Origin: Ruditapes philippinarum
Taxonomy: Eukaryota
Direction: 5' to 3'
Assembly (NCBI RefSeq): GCF_026571515.1
Contig: NW_026866038.1
Coordinates: 62,001-126,000, forward strand
DNA length: 64,000 bases
Part shown: one piece after another, positions 13,441-26,097 of the stretch
Layout: every line of letters begins with the position of its first letter
Numbering within the stretch: the stretch's first letter is position 1
Notes under the pieces: generated by a model
The model's input: the letters and a program-made list of their open reading frames with translations, nothing else
Told to the model about the DNA's origin: nothing
The model's database searches: none
Position numbers and translations under genes: made by a program

Positions 13441-14000
13441 TGTTTCATTAAAAGCATCATTTTATCTGTATGATATCAACTATAAATAATTGTTTGTATT
13501 TTCTTTCTATCTCGTTCACAGGCTATTGCAATACCTAATTTGAATGAATCTTAGTTTTGTTGAAATATTAAAAACACTAGATCTATCATGTAATTTTTCC
13601 AGTGCCTAAAGATTTTAAAGAAACGATAAATAGTTAGATCTACTTAACCCCTTTAATCTCATAAGTAACGCGATGATTATCTATCTCTTGTTACAAGATA
13701 TTTGATACTATAATCAAATTATTATAGTTATAACTTGTAAAGAACTTCACATTTTTTTCTCTTATGATGTCATTTCTTATATTACGTCATACATGATATC
13801 ACTTGACTTTCCTTCCCACGAAAATCTAGTCTTATCACTTGGCCAAGACAATAACAAACTATATTAGATTCTATTTTATTTTATTACCGATTTTAGAATA
13901 AAGGAGAGTGAATTACACACTTGTTTCAACATAGTTAACAGTATAGAATCATGCTGTCGCAAACATTGTGTAGAACAGTCATATTGTCATGTTGCCAGAT
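13441..14000 (+). repeat. ~560-bp direct repeat, copy 1 (copy 2 = 18308..18643 + 25107..25325, split by the Gypsy element)
   Basis: TGATATCAACTAT(A/G)AATAATTGTTTG...GATGTCATT|CTTATATTA(C/A)GTCAT...AAGACAATAACAAACTATATTAGATT is present at both places. Confidence 0.85.
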
Positions 14001-14493
14001 ACAAAATAACTACAAAATACAAAATTTTATATATAACACATTAAGAAAATTAATAAGTTTAATTTCATGTAGGAATGAAAATACCACATGTACTTTCCAT
14101 ATAGTTATTATATATACAAAGTAGTCAAGTGTTTTATTATTTTTAACATATTTTATCAGGACCACTTACGTGACTGTTAAATACCACGTGACTGTGACCG
14201 TGCAAATAGTTAAATATTTATATGAAAAAATGTCAATCAGTTTGTTCATTGGTTACATTTCTACTCTCATTCATCTTATAGTGCTGGATATAAATAAAAG
14301 ACATGCTGCTTACATATTTAATGAATTGCAATTCTGAATTGTATAATACAATAATGAATAAATGTATAACTCTGAATATATTAAAATTTTCTCCTTGATT
14401 GTCGCAAAAGAACTTCAAATTGTCTGTGAAACAACACGCAGAGAAAAAATCTATGCTAAGATATAGAAATGCCTCCAACAGATCGCTATTACA

Positions 14494-16189
14494 TTATTTA
14501 AAGTCGTATTCTTTAATGAAGTTGCGTTCTTTTGATTGACGATGTTCACTGATAAACAATTTCCGCTGATCTTCACAAATTAAAAGAGAACATGGCTCCA
14601 GCACGTTTTGCAAATGGAGATGTCTAAGTTCTCTTGAATCAGGTACAATTACCAAGATCTTGTCACTTCTTTCTGGATCACAAACAGCAACATTTCCGCA
14701 GTTGGTGAATGTTAGGCCATGTGGATATTCCATCTCCTTAGTCTTAATTGTAGTTTTCAGATGCCCTGTCAGTGTAAATTCATGCACGGCATTGTTCTTC
14801 CAGTCAGACATGTACATACTCTCATTATCGTTACTCAGAGATACATATAGTGGCTCAGCCAATATGCTTGTATCACTGACTTGATGAAGAATATAATATA
14901 TCCATGTCTATCACCTGAACAGCAGGACAAAAACCAACAAAAGTTACTGCCATTATACCGTTGTGATGATCTATTCCATAACATCCATGTTTGACTCGCA
15001 GACTGTTACTTACAGACAATCCATTTTGTGTATTTATCAACATGATTTTGCCCTCAGCAGGTAAAGTTGTTGCAGCAGACGAGGAATTTATTGTAGTGAC
15101 GTCAGCTGGCCTACTCGACGTTTTCAATGTTGATGTAATTTTACCCTCTTTATGGTTTAATACTTTTAATGATACATTATAGCTATCTGCGAATAGAATT
15201 TCAGTTTCAGACATGATTGACATTCCCGATATATAACAATCTTTTTTTGCGTTGGTATGTACGTCGATTTTCCTCACAAAACGTGTCTCATTGTCAATGA
15301 TTCTTTTTGTGCATCGTCCCGAGAATTTCTTCACTTGTCTATCAAGATTGCCAAGGCATATGTTATGCATTTTCACATCCTTCAATTCTTTAGCAGGAGT
15401 ATATTTTAAAGTGTTTATTTGACTTTTAGATGAAATTTCCCTATTGATTTCATAGCATCTTCGCAGTTTCTTTAGTATTTGTTTTGATGTAACAAATAAG
15501 TTATTGATATTGTCTTTACACTGTTCTTGTTTATTTTGAAATTGTTCGATTTCATCGTTCAAAGCCTCGCATCGACCCTGAAGCTTTTGCTGTTTAGCGA
15601 TATCGCTTGCACTGATCTTTTCAACTTCTTGTATAAGGTCTATTTCTACCCTGTCAAGATAATTGTTCATCTCTTTACGAAACGTCTTTATTTCCTTCAA
15701 TATTGTTATCTTTATCTCATCGGCTGTTACCAGACTGCATTTTATTTCTTGTTTACAAGAATCCAGGTTTTTCATAAGGTGATCAATACTGTGTTTGAGT
15801 TGAACAAGTTCATCACCGTTGTCATAGTTACAAGACACGTCTGAAACTAGTTGAACCTTGCAGGAAGTATGTTCAAGTACCGTACAATCTCCACACCCAA
15901 CACTATTGTGATCCTGACAATAAATCTTTACTATTTCGGTTTTGTGAACATCACATAGTTCAGTGCACGGATCACTTTGAGAAGACAGGACTGTCAGCAT
16001 TTCATCTTTAGATTTGATCACGTGATTCTTTGTCCCCGCCAACTTCCTGTGTGCCTTTATACAAGATGAACATATAAACTCATTACAGTTTTCACAGTAA
16101 CCCTCTGCTTGTACAATATCACCGTCACCTTTGCATGGCTGACATGATCTTATAATATCTGAAGATCCTTTACGTCCTGAAACTTCCAT
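14494..16189 (-). pseudogene. Intronless B-box / coiled-coil / NHL-like beta-propeller protein (RING-less TRIM-like), one frameshift near 14900
   Basis: B-box1 (CQPC...YCENCNEFICSSCIKAH...H), B-box2 (CDVH...YCQDHNSVGCGDCTVLEHTSC), coiled coil, then propeller blades (ILFADSYN, PADVT, CYGI, PLYVSL, YMSDW, PHGL). ORFs 14873..16189 and 14494..14862 join through ...MD/YYILHQVSDTSILAEPLY with a single indel. May be an intact ~565-aa gene with an assembly error. Confidence 0.85.
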
Positions 16190-18643
16190 TTTGTCTATAC
16201 ACTTAGTTTTTCATAAACATATTTCACCTAACAAAGAAGATTTGTCAACTATATAGTTTCCAAAAGTCATATAATCAAGGAAATAAAATTAATGTAGGTT
16301 AAGTGAAGGAAGTTAAATCTTCATATTCATTTTCAAACTGATATGTGAAAACGTGTATCCCACAATTAACTACAATAAGTTTAAAAACAATATACTTTTG
16401 AACAGTGTAAAAGGACCAAATGCCTGTAGAGAACGTAATTGAAACTAAGCTTGTACGTTGTGTTGTAAATTATCTGTAAAATCTTCAAAAAGATAACATC
16501 CGAGAGCAATGAAAACAAAGCTAACATAAAACAAAGTTTCTGTATATATTGCTTGTGAAGAAATATTTTAACGTCGGACACCCCTAATAGGCACTATAAG
16601 AAACTGTAAAATTCACTACATAGGACACCTGTATGCAGAATTTAAACAAAATTTACCGTATGGTTTATGAGTAATGGACATTTTTCTGAACTAAAACCTT
16701 GCTATTAGAACGGCTCTTTTTCAAAAATAAGGAAACTCTAGATAATCTATAATATCATCATCATGAAAAATGTTTTACTATTGATCATTGTTAAGAAAAA
16801 AAGCATACATGTTACAAACCACACGAGCAAAATGATTGTTGCTACACAAAATGTTTTAATGTGTATAAAAATGTTATAATAAAAATCAGACACTTTTTGC
16901 ATTCCATAAGGAATCTGAGAGAAACATAAATAATATTTAAATAAAAAAAATAAATGAAAGAAAAGTTGTCCATTCTAGGGTATGAACCTATGTTCCTCAC
17001 TTTTAATGCAGTTGACAGTAATTCTAGCCTATTTAGATACCCTTCAAAGCGGAGGTTATGCATTACTACTATTAATTTTACAGCTCTACTAATGCACTTT
17101 ATATATTTTAAAAGTAAAAAGTATTTTTAATGAGTTTTACTTACACAAACGGGTAAATATTTTGTTATATGGCGTAATCTTCTTATATTTTATGTAATAT
17201 AATCATTATACGTTATTCGTTAATAACACACATGTCAGATGACATCGGTTCCTGATTATGCATTTAAAAAAGAATACGGCGTACAAATGTGTGCACAAAC
17301 ATTAAAACTAGTATACCATTAAACATGTACATGAATCTCACATTTGCTGCCACTCGTCCAAGATTTGGAATTCGTTGACATATCAACAAATTGTATACTA
17401 CTTATTTACATGTGGGATTTTATATATTTACAATGCACCGACAAGATTTTGATATTTATAATAAAATAAGAAAGCGTGTCGTAAGATCAAACTTCTGTCT
17501 GACGTAAGACCTGTATGTTTATTTCCTCTAATAAACAAAAGCCACCAACAGCAACCAATAGCGGTATAAGTAGATAAATACAATAATGATTTTCACATTC
17601 CTATATTTTTGCAATAAGTTAATACAGGAAGTTTTTATATTTCATGCTCATCGGTCTGATAAAATAACTTCGTTCCAGAAGCTCCCTGGTGTAAAGTACC
17701 ATTACAACAGGACGTAATTTAATTCCCGTTCGGAATTTAAAACAGGGAAGCGAACAAATATATATGTATTAGGTATACATGGTCACATACAAGAAAAATA
17801 AATACGAAAAGGTATATAGTATCTTTATAAAGTGGTTATTTTTCCATAAACACGTTATTGTATAGGACTGATTACTTCCCTAATTTAGATATTTGGGCAT
17901 TTAGATAATTAAAGATTTAATTAATTTTGCGACTGAAATTACAAATGTTTAGTTGTAAATTAGATTACAATATCAAATTTACAAATATATCTATTAGGCA
18001 AACAAACGTGATTTTAATAGACAAACTGATTTGTAACACATTTGTTTTTTTGTATATGTACGGACATTTAGACGCACGTTTAACTTACTTCCCAACAATT
18101 ATTCAAAACACTCCACAACAACTCTCAAATAACAATTTTCCTTGATAATTAAGGAAAACGTAATTTTGATCTGATGTTTTTAATTCAGTTTTTTTTGTGT
18201 GTGCAAAAATATCGAAACATTAGCTATTACAAGTATACTAAGACAACATATAACAAATTGCATAACTAAGAAGTATGTAAATGTCTCGTTTATTCTGTTT
18301 ATTTTTGTGTTTCATGCAACAATCATCTTCGTATATCTGTGTGATATCAACTATGAATAATTGTTTGCATTTTCTTTCTATCTCGTACACAAGCTATTGA
18401 CATTGCATAACGCTGTTTTATGATGAATAAATTTAAGTTTTGTTGACATTTTATAGCCACTAGTTTTTATCATGTATTTTTTTCAGTGCCTTAAGATTTA
18501 AAAAATGATAACAGTTACTTAACCATTTTATCTGATAGTTAGCGCGATGGCTATATATCTCCTGTTGCAAAGGCAATCTGAGTAAGATATTTGAAACTAT
18601 TATAATTTTAAGACATTTATTTCTGTTTTGATGTCATTATTGA

Positions 18644-19291
18644 TGTAGATAAGGTCAATTTACTGCCTATCTGTATACTCATCCTATATTTACACACACA
18701 GATGTAATCACTGTAGTGAATTACTAACTGTACATTCTCATTCATTCAGACATAATCACATGACATCCTTTTATTCATCATTAGACTTATGGGTAATGTC
18801 TTGGTCTTGTTGTGAGTTACTATGCTCAGTGAACTGTCTCTTGTTATGTCCTGTGTTGTTAAGTGATGTCCAATAAATATCTTGTATATTTGTTAAGTGA
18901 GAATGTGATTGGATGTGAGTGATTTCATATCATTTTATGCATGGGCAATTAACAATTAATTCTAAGGCAGAAATCATTTTCAAACTTTGCATTATAAAGG
19001 TTATTTCAGTAGTTCTTCATAGAACAGTTTAAATACTGTATTTATCTAAATCAACTTACTTTTGGTTTTTATCGAACAGATTTGCTATTATTTTATATAA
19101 TAGAGGTCAGCCAGTTGCACCTGGTAAGATATGTTTTACTTTAAATAACTTAAAAGAAATGTATTGAAATGTATGAATTAAAAAAGTTGGAAATGTTTGA
19201 AATATGAAATGTTGAAATGATATTGATATTGAATTTTTATTTTAATTTGTCTTTTGTATTTCATGTATTCATAATTGTTTATTTATTTTAT
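18644..19291 (+). repeat. 5' LTR of Gypsy element (3'-truncated)
   Basis: Aligns to 24362..~25018 with roughly 5% differences counted by eye. Confidence 0.9.
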
Positions 19292-20036
19292 TTTGTGAGT
19301 TGAGGCAGATATAAGTTTAACTTATACATTCACATTAAGGTGCAATTTTTTATGCTGCATTTTTATGTTGCAATTCAGCATTTTATTTTTTTACAATACA
19401 CCTTCCTTGATCATTTATTTTACATCCCACATCATCGCTTAAATTCAGGCAAAATAATGACAAAAATATTAAAATGATCTTATGTACTTAAATCCAGCTA
19501 AAAATACTTTTCTCGATGTTTCAGCATTAATTTCTGTTTAAATTCTATATATTTTGGGTTTGAAGCGTAAATATGTCTATATATGTTGAACAAAATTTAG
19601 ACGCCAATAGAATCACCAAATAGTTTTAAAACAAGTCAGGTGACATGAACAAACCATTGAAGTTACAATGACAGATATTGTGGATATTGTATGATTGAAG
19701 CAAGCCTAAGTCATTCGTTTCCAGAGTTCACTTTGACAACTATTGTGAAATGCTAGGCCTCTAACCTGACCCACGCGGGTCAAGTTAGGAAACCACCATT
19801 TTATTCTTTAAATGGAGAAAAGTTTTGTTCCTTTGACTGTCTAATATATTTGTTTTGATGTCATTTACAGAATAATGAATGAAAAAGTAAAAACTAAGAA
19901 ATGAAAATTTTGCCTGTGTCTCCCTTTAAAGATGGAAAAAGTCTCAAAGGATGAAACTGTAGGTGCCACAGGTGAGACAAAAACTTCTCTTTCAGAAGAA
20001 GATATGCTGAAAATACTCTCCTAACCCCTATTAAGA

Positions 20037-23000
20037 TTGGTGAAAATGGAGGTACAAAACCCAAAGTTCCACCCCCTGTTACCAGCCCTTTGCTTGTTCC
20101 ACCGGACACACCTAGTCATTTTTCTTTCACTTCTCCAAGCACTCCTGCCATTGTTTCAAAGCCACGAAAGATTCCACCTTTTTCTGGTGATGAACCCTTG
20201 GCTAAGGGTGAGATCTCCTTTTATGAATGGCGTCATGAGGTACGTTGCCTTATGAGAGACTCTTATATTCCTAGACTCCAGATATAACAAGCCATAAGGA
20301 CTTCCCTTAGAGGCACAGAGAGGCGACTTGTAGTTTCTTTGGGTGATTCTGTATCTATTGATTCTATTTTTCAGAAACTTGAGTTTAACTTTGGTGAACC
20401 TGCTCGTCAAGGAAGTACTATGCGGGAATTCTTTAATTGTTCTCAACGTCCAGATGAGTCTGTGACTTTTTTGGTTGTAGGTTAGATATAACCCTTGAAC
20501 AAGCTTTTGAAGGCGGACATATACCCAGATCAGGCCGTAATGAATTACTTTGTGAACGGTTATGGTCAACTAACATTCGTCATAAATTAGACACTGCTGT
20601 AAACTATGACCATTTTCTCCGAGATGTTATTGGCAAACTGAAAAGGAACTTTCTTTAACTAACAATACCAAGGTGAAAGCTCATGCCAATTTACAAACTT
20701 CCACTTTTGATGTTAAGAGTAAAATGGAAGACCTAGAAAAGAGGTTTAATACCAAGATTAGCAACATCCAATCAGCATGTGATAAGAAATTCAATACTAT
20801 TATTGAACGTCTAGACTCTATGTCAACTTCTAACAGAGGAGGGAAATTCTCAAGGCCATCATAATTCCCTGAATAGAATAGTTTGAGATTCAAATATTGC
20901 CCCTATTGTTTTTCATCATGTAAATACTTATGGTCTTATTGATACAGATTCAATGGTTTCAACTGCGTCAAATTCATTTGATCAAGCATTGCCAAATAAG
21001 CCAATATTGTTAAACCTTGCAAATTTTGGCGTCGACCTGAATGTTTCTTTTGCCAATGGTAACCGGTTGAATATTTTTGGCTACATAGAAGTTTCCATTG
21101 CCATTCCGGAGCTCAATATTAAATTGCCAGTTCCAGTTTTAGTGGTACCAGAAATACAGGCATCTGTAACATGTCCTGTTATTCTAGGCACAAACGTTTT
21201 AAGGTACTGCAAAGCAGCTGTCTATAGTCAACCATCCAATGTTATTCCAAGTACATGGGTAATGGCTTTTAATTTTCTTGTCACTGACCAAGTACCTGTG
21301 AGATCAACTAATGATCATCCGGTGCAGATTGCTCCTTTTGAATCTGTTACTGTTCATGGCAATGCTAGAGACCTTATTAATAAACACAATGCTCAGAAAG
21401 TAATCTGTTTGTATAATATGCCATCTCAACCTGTTACTATTCAACCAAGATCTAATTTATGCGTTGTCAATGAAGTCAAGGTCGTTGACAGTGTTGCTTC
21501 TCATTCTTCTTCTTCATCTTCTTCTGAGCCTTCCTCGGACAATTTGTTTGCTGAACTTGGAATCAAAATTGACAAAAGCGCTATTTCGCCGCAACAAATA
21601 TTTAGGCTTCAACAAGTTCTTGGCAAATAGAGTCATGTCTTTTCTAGAGAACCAACTGACATAGGGCATTGCAACTTAGTCCGTCATAAAAATTTTTTAA
21701 ATTACTATAGCCCATTCAAACAACCATATAGAAAAATCCCTCCGGGAATGTATGAAGGGGGCAATCAAGGAAAGCGACAGCACCTTTTCATCAAATATAG
21801 TTTTAGTAAGGAAAAAGGATGGAACTCTTAGATTTTGTTTGGATTTTCGTATGTTAAATTCTCGGACTCGCAAGGATGCATACCAGTTACCTACGTTCGA
21901 AGACCAAGTTGATCTCCTTGTTGGTTCTAGGTTCTACTCTAAGCTTAACCTTCGCTCAGGTTATTGGAATATTGATATGGACGAGGAATCTAAACAGTAT
22001 ACAGGTTTTCCGTCGGTAATCTAGGGTTTTATGAATGTCAACGTATGCAATTCGGACTTGTTAACTCTGGCGCCACTTTTCAGCGTGTTATGGAAAAATC
22101 TTTGGGAGACCTTTTACTTAGAGAATGCTTAATTTTAATTGACGATATTTGATATTTTCTCGTACATTTGAAGATCATTTGAATCGCCTAGAAAATGTAT
22201 TTCGCAGACTTTCATATCATGGCTTAAAACTTAAAGGCTCCAAGTGTGAATTCTTGAAGAAGTCTGTGACATATCTTGGCCATGTAATCTCTGATACAGA
22301 TCCTGAAAAAAGATTAGTGCTATTATGAATTGGCCAATTCCTACCAATTTATCTCAATTTCGCTCTTTTCTCGGAACTGCAGGATTCTATCGCAGATTCA
22401 TCAAAAAGCATTCTAAAATTGCCCATATCCTTTGAATAAGTTACTTGATGGCCATGGCACAACCAAATCTAAATCAAAGATTAAAGGTAAAAAGAGTAAA
22501 TCACCAGGTTCTTGGACATGGAGTGTTGATCAACAATCAGCATTTGATACTCTTAAAGAAAAGCTATCTTCACCTCCTGCCTTAGCTTTTGCAGACTTTT
22601 CCAAACCTTTCATAGTTCATATAGATGCATGTTCTACTGGTCTAGGTGCAGTTTTACTTCAGCAGCAAGATGATGATTCAGAGCGTGTTATAGCTTACGT
22701 TAATCGTAGTTTAAGACCCAGTGAACGGAACTATCCAGCCCACAAGCTTGAGTTCATGGCACTTAAATGGGCTGTAACAATCAAGTACCATAATTATCTA
22801 TATGGCAACAAATTTGCATTCATGACAGACAACAATCCCTTTACTTATGTAATGACTACTGCAAAACTTGATGCGACAAGGCCACAGATGGGTCACTGCT
22901 CTATATTCATATGATTTTGATTTAATTTATAAATCAGGTCATTTAAATGGTGGCTGTGATGGTTTAAGTCGCAAACCTCATATGTTTGCTGATAGCATTA

Positions 23001-23979
23001 AAGCCCTCTGTCTTGATGCGGTTGTTTTTTCTTTAACTTCAGACCGTTTGTAAGGTTCTGAAGCCCCAAGCTTTGAGGATTTTACTATGCCTCCTCATTC
23101 CACTGTTATAACATTTGAACCTGTAAATTGGGCCTTCGAGCAGTCTAAAGACCTAAATATTTCAAAAGTTATTTCTATTTTGCAGTACGGTTCTCCCAAA
23201 AGGGGAGGAATATACCCAAAATGGCAAAATCGTTACTTTGTGATATGTGACGTTTGATTACTTGTATTGAAATAGGTGTTCTCTACTGTACTGCAACAGT
23301 AGATGGTGAGCCCGTCAGACAATTGATTTTGCCTGCTTCTCATCAGACCATTGCCTTTCAAGGTGTCTATGACCAGTTTGGTCATGCAGGGCATGAGAAA
23401 TCTCTTTGGCTTGCTCGACAACGTTTCTATTGGCCAGGGATGGAAGTTGATTTCAAGAGAATGATTAACTTATGCAAGTCTTGTGTCTGTGGGAAAACTC
23501 CTCAAAATTCAGCGGCTGAACTCGTACCCATTCAAACTTCAAGGCCAATGCAACTTGTTTGCATGGACTTTCTCAAGTTAGAGAAGTGCATAAGTGGGTA
23601 CGAGGATGTCTTAGTCATAACAGATCATTTTACTCGTTACGCTAATGCTATCCCCTGCCGAAACCAGAAAGCCACAACCACGGCGCGAGCCTTGTATGAG
23701 CATTTCATCATTCACTATTCCTTCCCAGAGCAGCTTCATTCTGACCAGGGTCGTAATTTCGAGAGCAAGGTGATAAAAGAGCAAGCCAATGTCAGGAAAA
23801 CAGGGACAACACCATTTCACACAATGGGTAATCCATCTGCAGAACGCTTCAATAGAACCCTTAATCGCATGCTACGTACCCTGACAGATGACCACAAAAC
23901 AAGTTGGGCTGATTATGTTCTTCCTCTCTGCCAAGCATACAATGCTACTCCTGAACTGGATTCTCACCCTACTTCTTGA
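20037..23979 (+). pseudogene. Gypsy gag-pol remnants
   Basis: PNMA-like gag (KIPPFSGDEP...FYEWRHEV); protease (LIDTDSMVST, VILGTN); RT (VLVRKKDGTLRFCLDFRMLN, LRSGYW, LIDDI); RNase H (HIDACSTGLGAVL, NYPAHKLEFMALKW, TDNNP); integrase (GHAG...FYWPGM...CKSC, MDF, HSDQGRNFES, AERFNRTL). Confidence 0.92.
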
Positions 23980-24361
23980 TGTTTGGCTGGCACCCACGCC
24001 TCTCAGTAAACGCATATGTAGGCACAGCTCCTGGAAATGGGTCTGGTGTAAGCCATGCCTCATATGTTTCCAGAATCCAAGACCGTCTGAGATATGCCAT
24101 GTCAACTTAAATTTCTTTTCATTAAACATTGACTGATCATTTCCATAGTCAATCAAATGCATAAAGTTTCTTCCTTTTATTTTATATCAATAAAAGGGAA
24201 ACAACTCAAATACCCCATTGACAAATTATATCTATTGTTAACTCCCTTGATTTTAACATCTCTAGTATACATTTACATTGATATAATTAAAAGTTTATGT
24301 GTGATTATTTTATTTTCAACATTAAGGAAATGGCGGTGCCATTTAAATCTAGTTGGGAGTG

Positions 24362-25106
24362 TGTAGATAAGGTCAATTTACTGCCTATCTGTATACTCAT
24401 CCTATATTTACGCACACAGTTGTAATCACTGTAGTGAATAACTAACTGTACACTGTACATTCTCGTTCATTCAGGCATAATCACATGACATCATTTTCAT
24501 TCATCATTAGAATTATGGGTAATGTCTTGTTCTTGTAGTGAGTTACTATGCTCAGTGAACAGTCTCTTGTTATGTTCTGTGTTGTTAAGTGATGTCCAAT
24601 AAATATCTTGTATATTTGTTAAGTGAGAATGTGATTGGATGTGAGTGATTTCATATCATTTTATGCATGGGCAATTTACATTATTTTTCTAAGGCAGAAA
24701 TCATTTTCAAACTTTGCATTATAAAGTTAATTTTAATAGTTCTTCATAGAACATTTTAAATACTTATTTATCTAAAAATCAACTTTACTTTTGTTCTTTA
24801 TAGAACAGATTTGCTATTAATTTATATAATAGAGGTCAGCCAGTTGCACCTGGTAAGATATGTTTTACTTTAAATAACTTAAATGAAATGTATTGAAATG
24901 TATGAATTAAATAGTTGGAATTGTTTGAAATATGAAATGTTGAAATGATATTGATATTGAATTTGTATTTTAATTTGTCTTTTGTATTTCATGTATTTAT
25001 AATTGTTTATTCATTTTATAGGTTTCATTTTCACATCATCAAAATAAATAGAAATTGAACACCCAGTCGGAGTTGGTCATGTATTCCATCCAAACCATAC
25101 TCTACA
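24362..25106 (+). repeat. 3' LTR of Gypsy element (745 bp)
   Basis: TGTAG/CTACA termini; the flanking 560-bp repeat resumes at 25107. Confidence 0.9.
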
Positions 25107-25875
25107 CTTATATTAAGTCATCATTTGACTTCCCTTCCACAAAAAGTCTATTACAGGATTGTTTGCTTCAGCTAAGACAATAACAAACTATATTAGATTT
25201 TATTTTATTCTTTTACCGTTTTAAGAATACAGAGGGTGAATTACACTATAGTTTCAACTATTTATCAGTATATTTATACTGCATAATTATTGTGTAGACC
25301 AGTCTCATTGCCATGCTAACAGATACTTTAAAGTCAAACAAATTAAATGTTCATGCTGCACATCAAAGACACCGCCAAATGATGTGAAAAGTCAATCAAC
25401 ATTGAAAATCGTTCTCTATTACAGTTGAATATCCGAAGCACAAAGCAATTTTATCTCCATGTTCTTGGTACGTGGTCGTTGTTTTATAATAAAGTTGCCT
25501 TTTTTTGTGACTAAGTAGAACCAAATGCATAAATTCACAAATTATTGCCATGTCTGAAATTCTGAAATGTTTGTCTGTTGCGACAAAGATTGAAATGTCT
25601 GTTCGGATTAACATAAATTGGATAACAAGTAAAATTGAAATGATTGGTATACTTAAAATAAATTCAAGACAATATGTGCCGAGAATATATCCATTTAAAT
25701 ATTGGTACGAATCGCATAATGCGTGCACGCGGCGTCTAATGGAAAATAATAAGACACGTTAGCTTAACTCTGTCCACGCTCAATATCTTCAACCGATCTT
25801 TCAAGTCAGCATTTTTATGTGTATCTATGTATTTTAGAACATCTATGATCCCCACCGGTTGTCCATATGTGTGAT

Positions 25876-26097
25876 TACTCTAGAAGAGTATTAGTAATTT
25901 GATAATTTGAAGGATAGTGCAAAATACCGATACAGAAATATGCCCCGATTCCAGAAGCTTCCCCTGGTTCTTTAACGTGCAGAATGTTAAAGCACTCATA
26001 CACGGGACCTCGATTTAAAGTCTCATCAGAAAGACTAATTAGTAAATTAATGTCGAGATTACAAGTCTCGCACTCTAACCGATTGAGCTGTGCGGGC
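25876..26097 (-). mobile_element. tRNA-derived SINE (V-SINE-like), unit 1 copy, B-box region deleted
   Basis: Minus strand CTTTCTGATGAGACTTTAAATCGAGGTCCCGTGT resembles the V-SINE central domain; equivalent to 38106..38350. Confidence 0.7.

Larger units (their letters stand above)
18644..25106 (+). mobile_element. Decayed Ty3/Gypsy LTR retrotransposon
   Basis: 3' LTR 24362..25106 (TGTAG...CTACA) preceded by purine tract AGTTGGGAG. 5' LTR 18644..~19291 lacks its 3' end. Internal gag, protease, RT, RNase H and integrase with many stops and frameshifts. Confidence 0.95.

Noticed and set aside
18644-25106. Steamer element
   Set aside because: The 745-bp LTR and PNMA-like gag do not match the short-LTR Steamer/Mag type; called generic Gypsy only.
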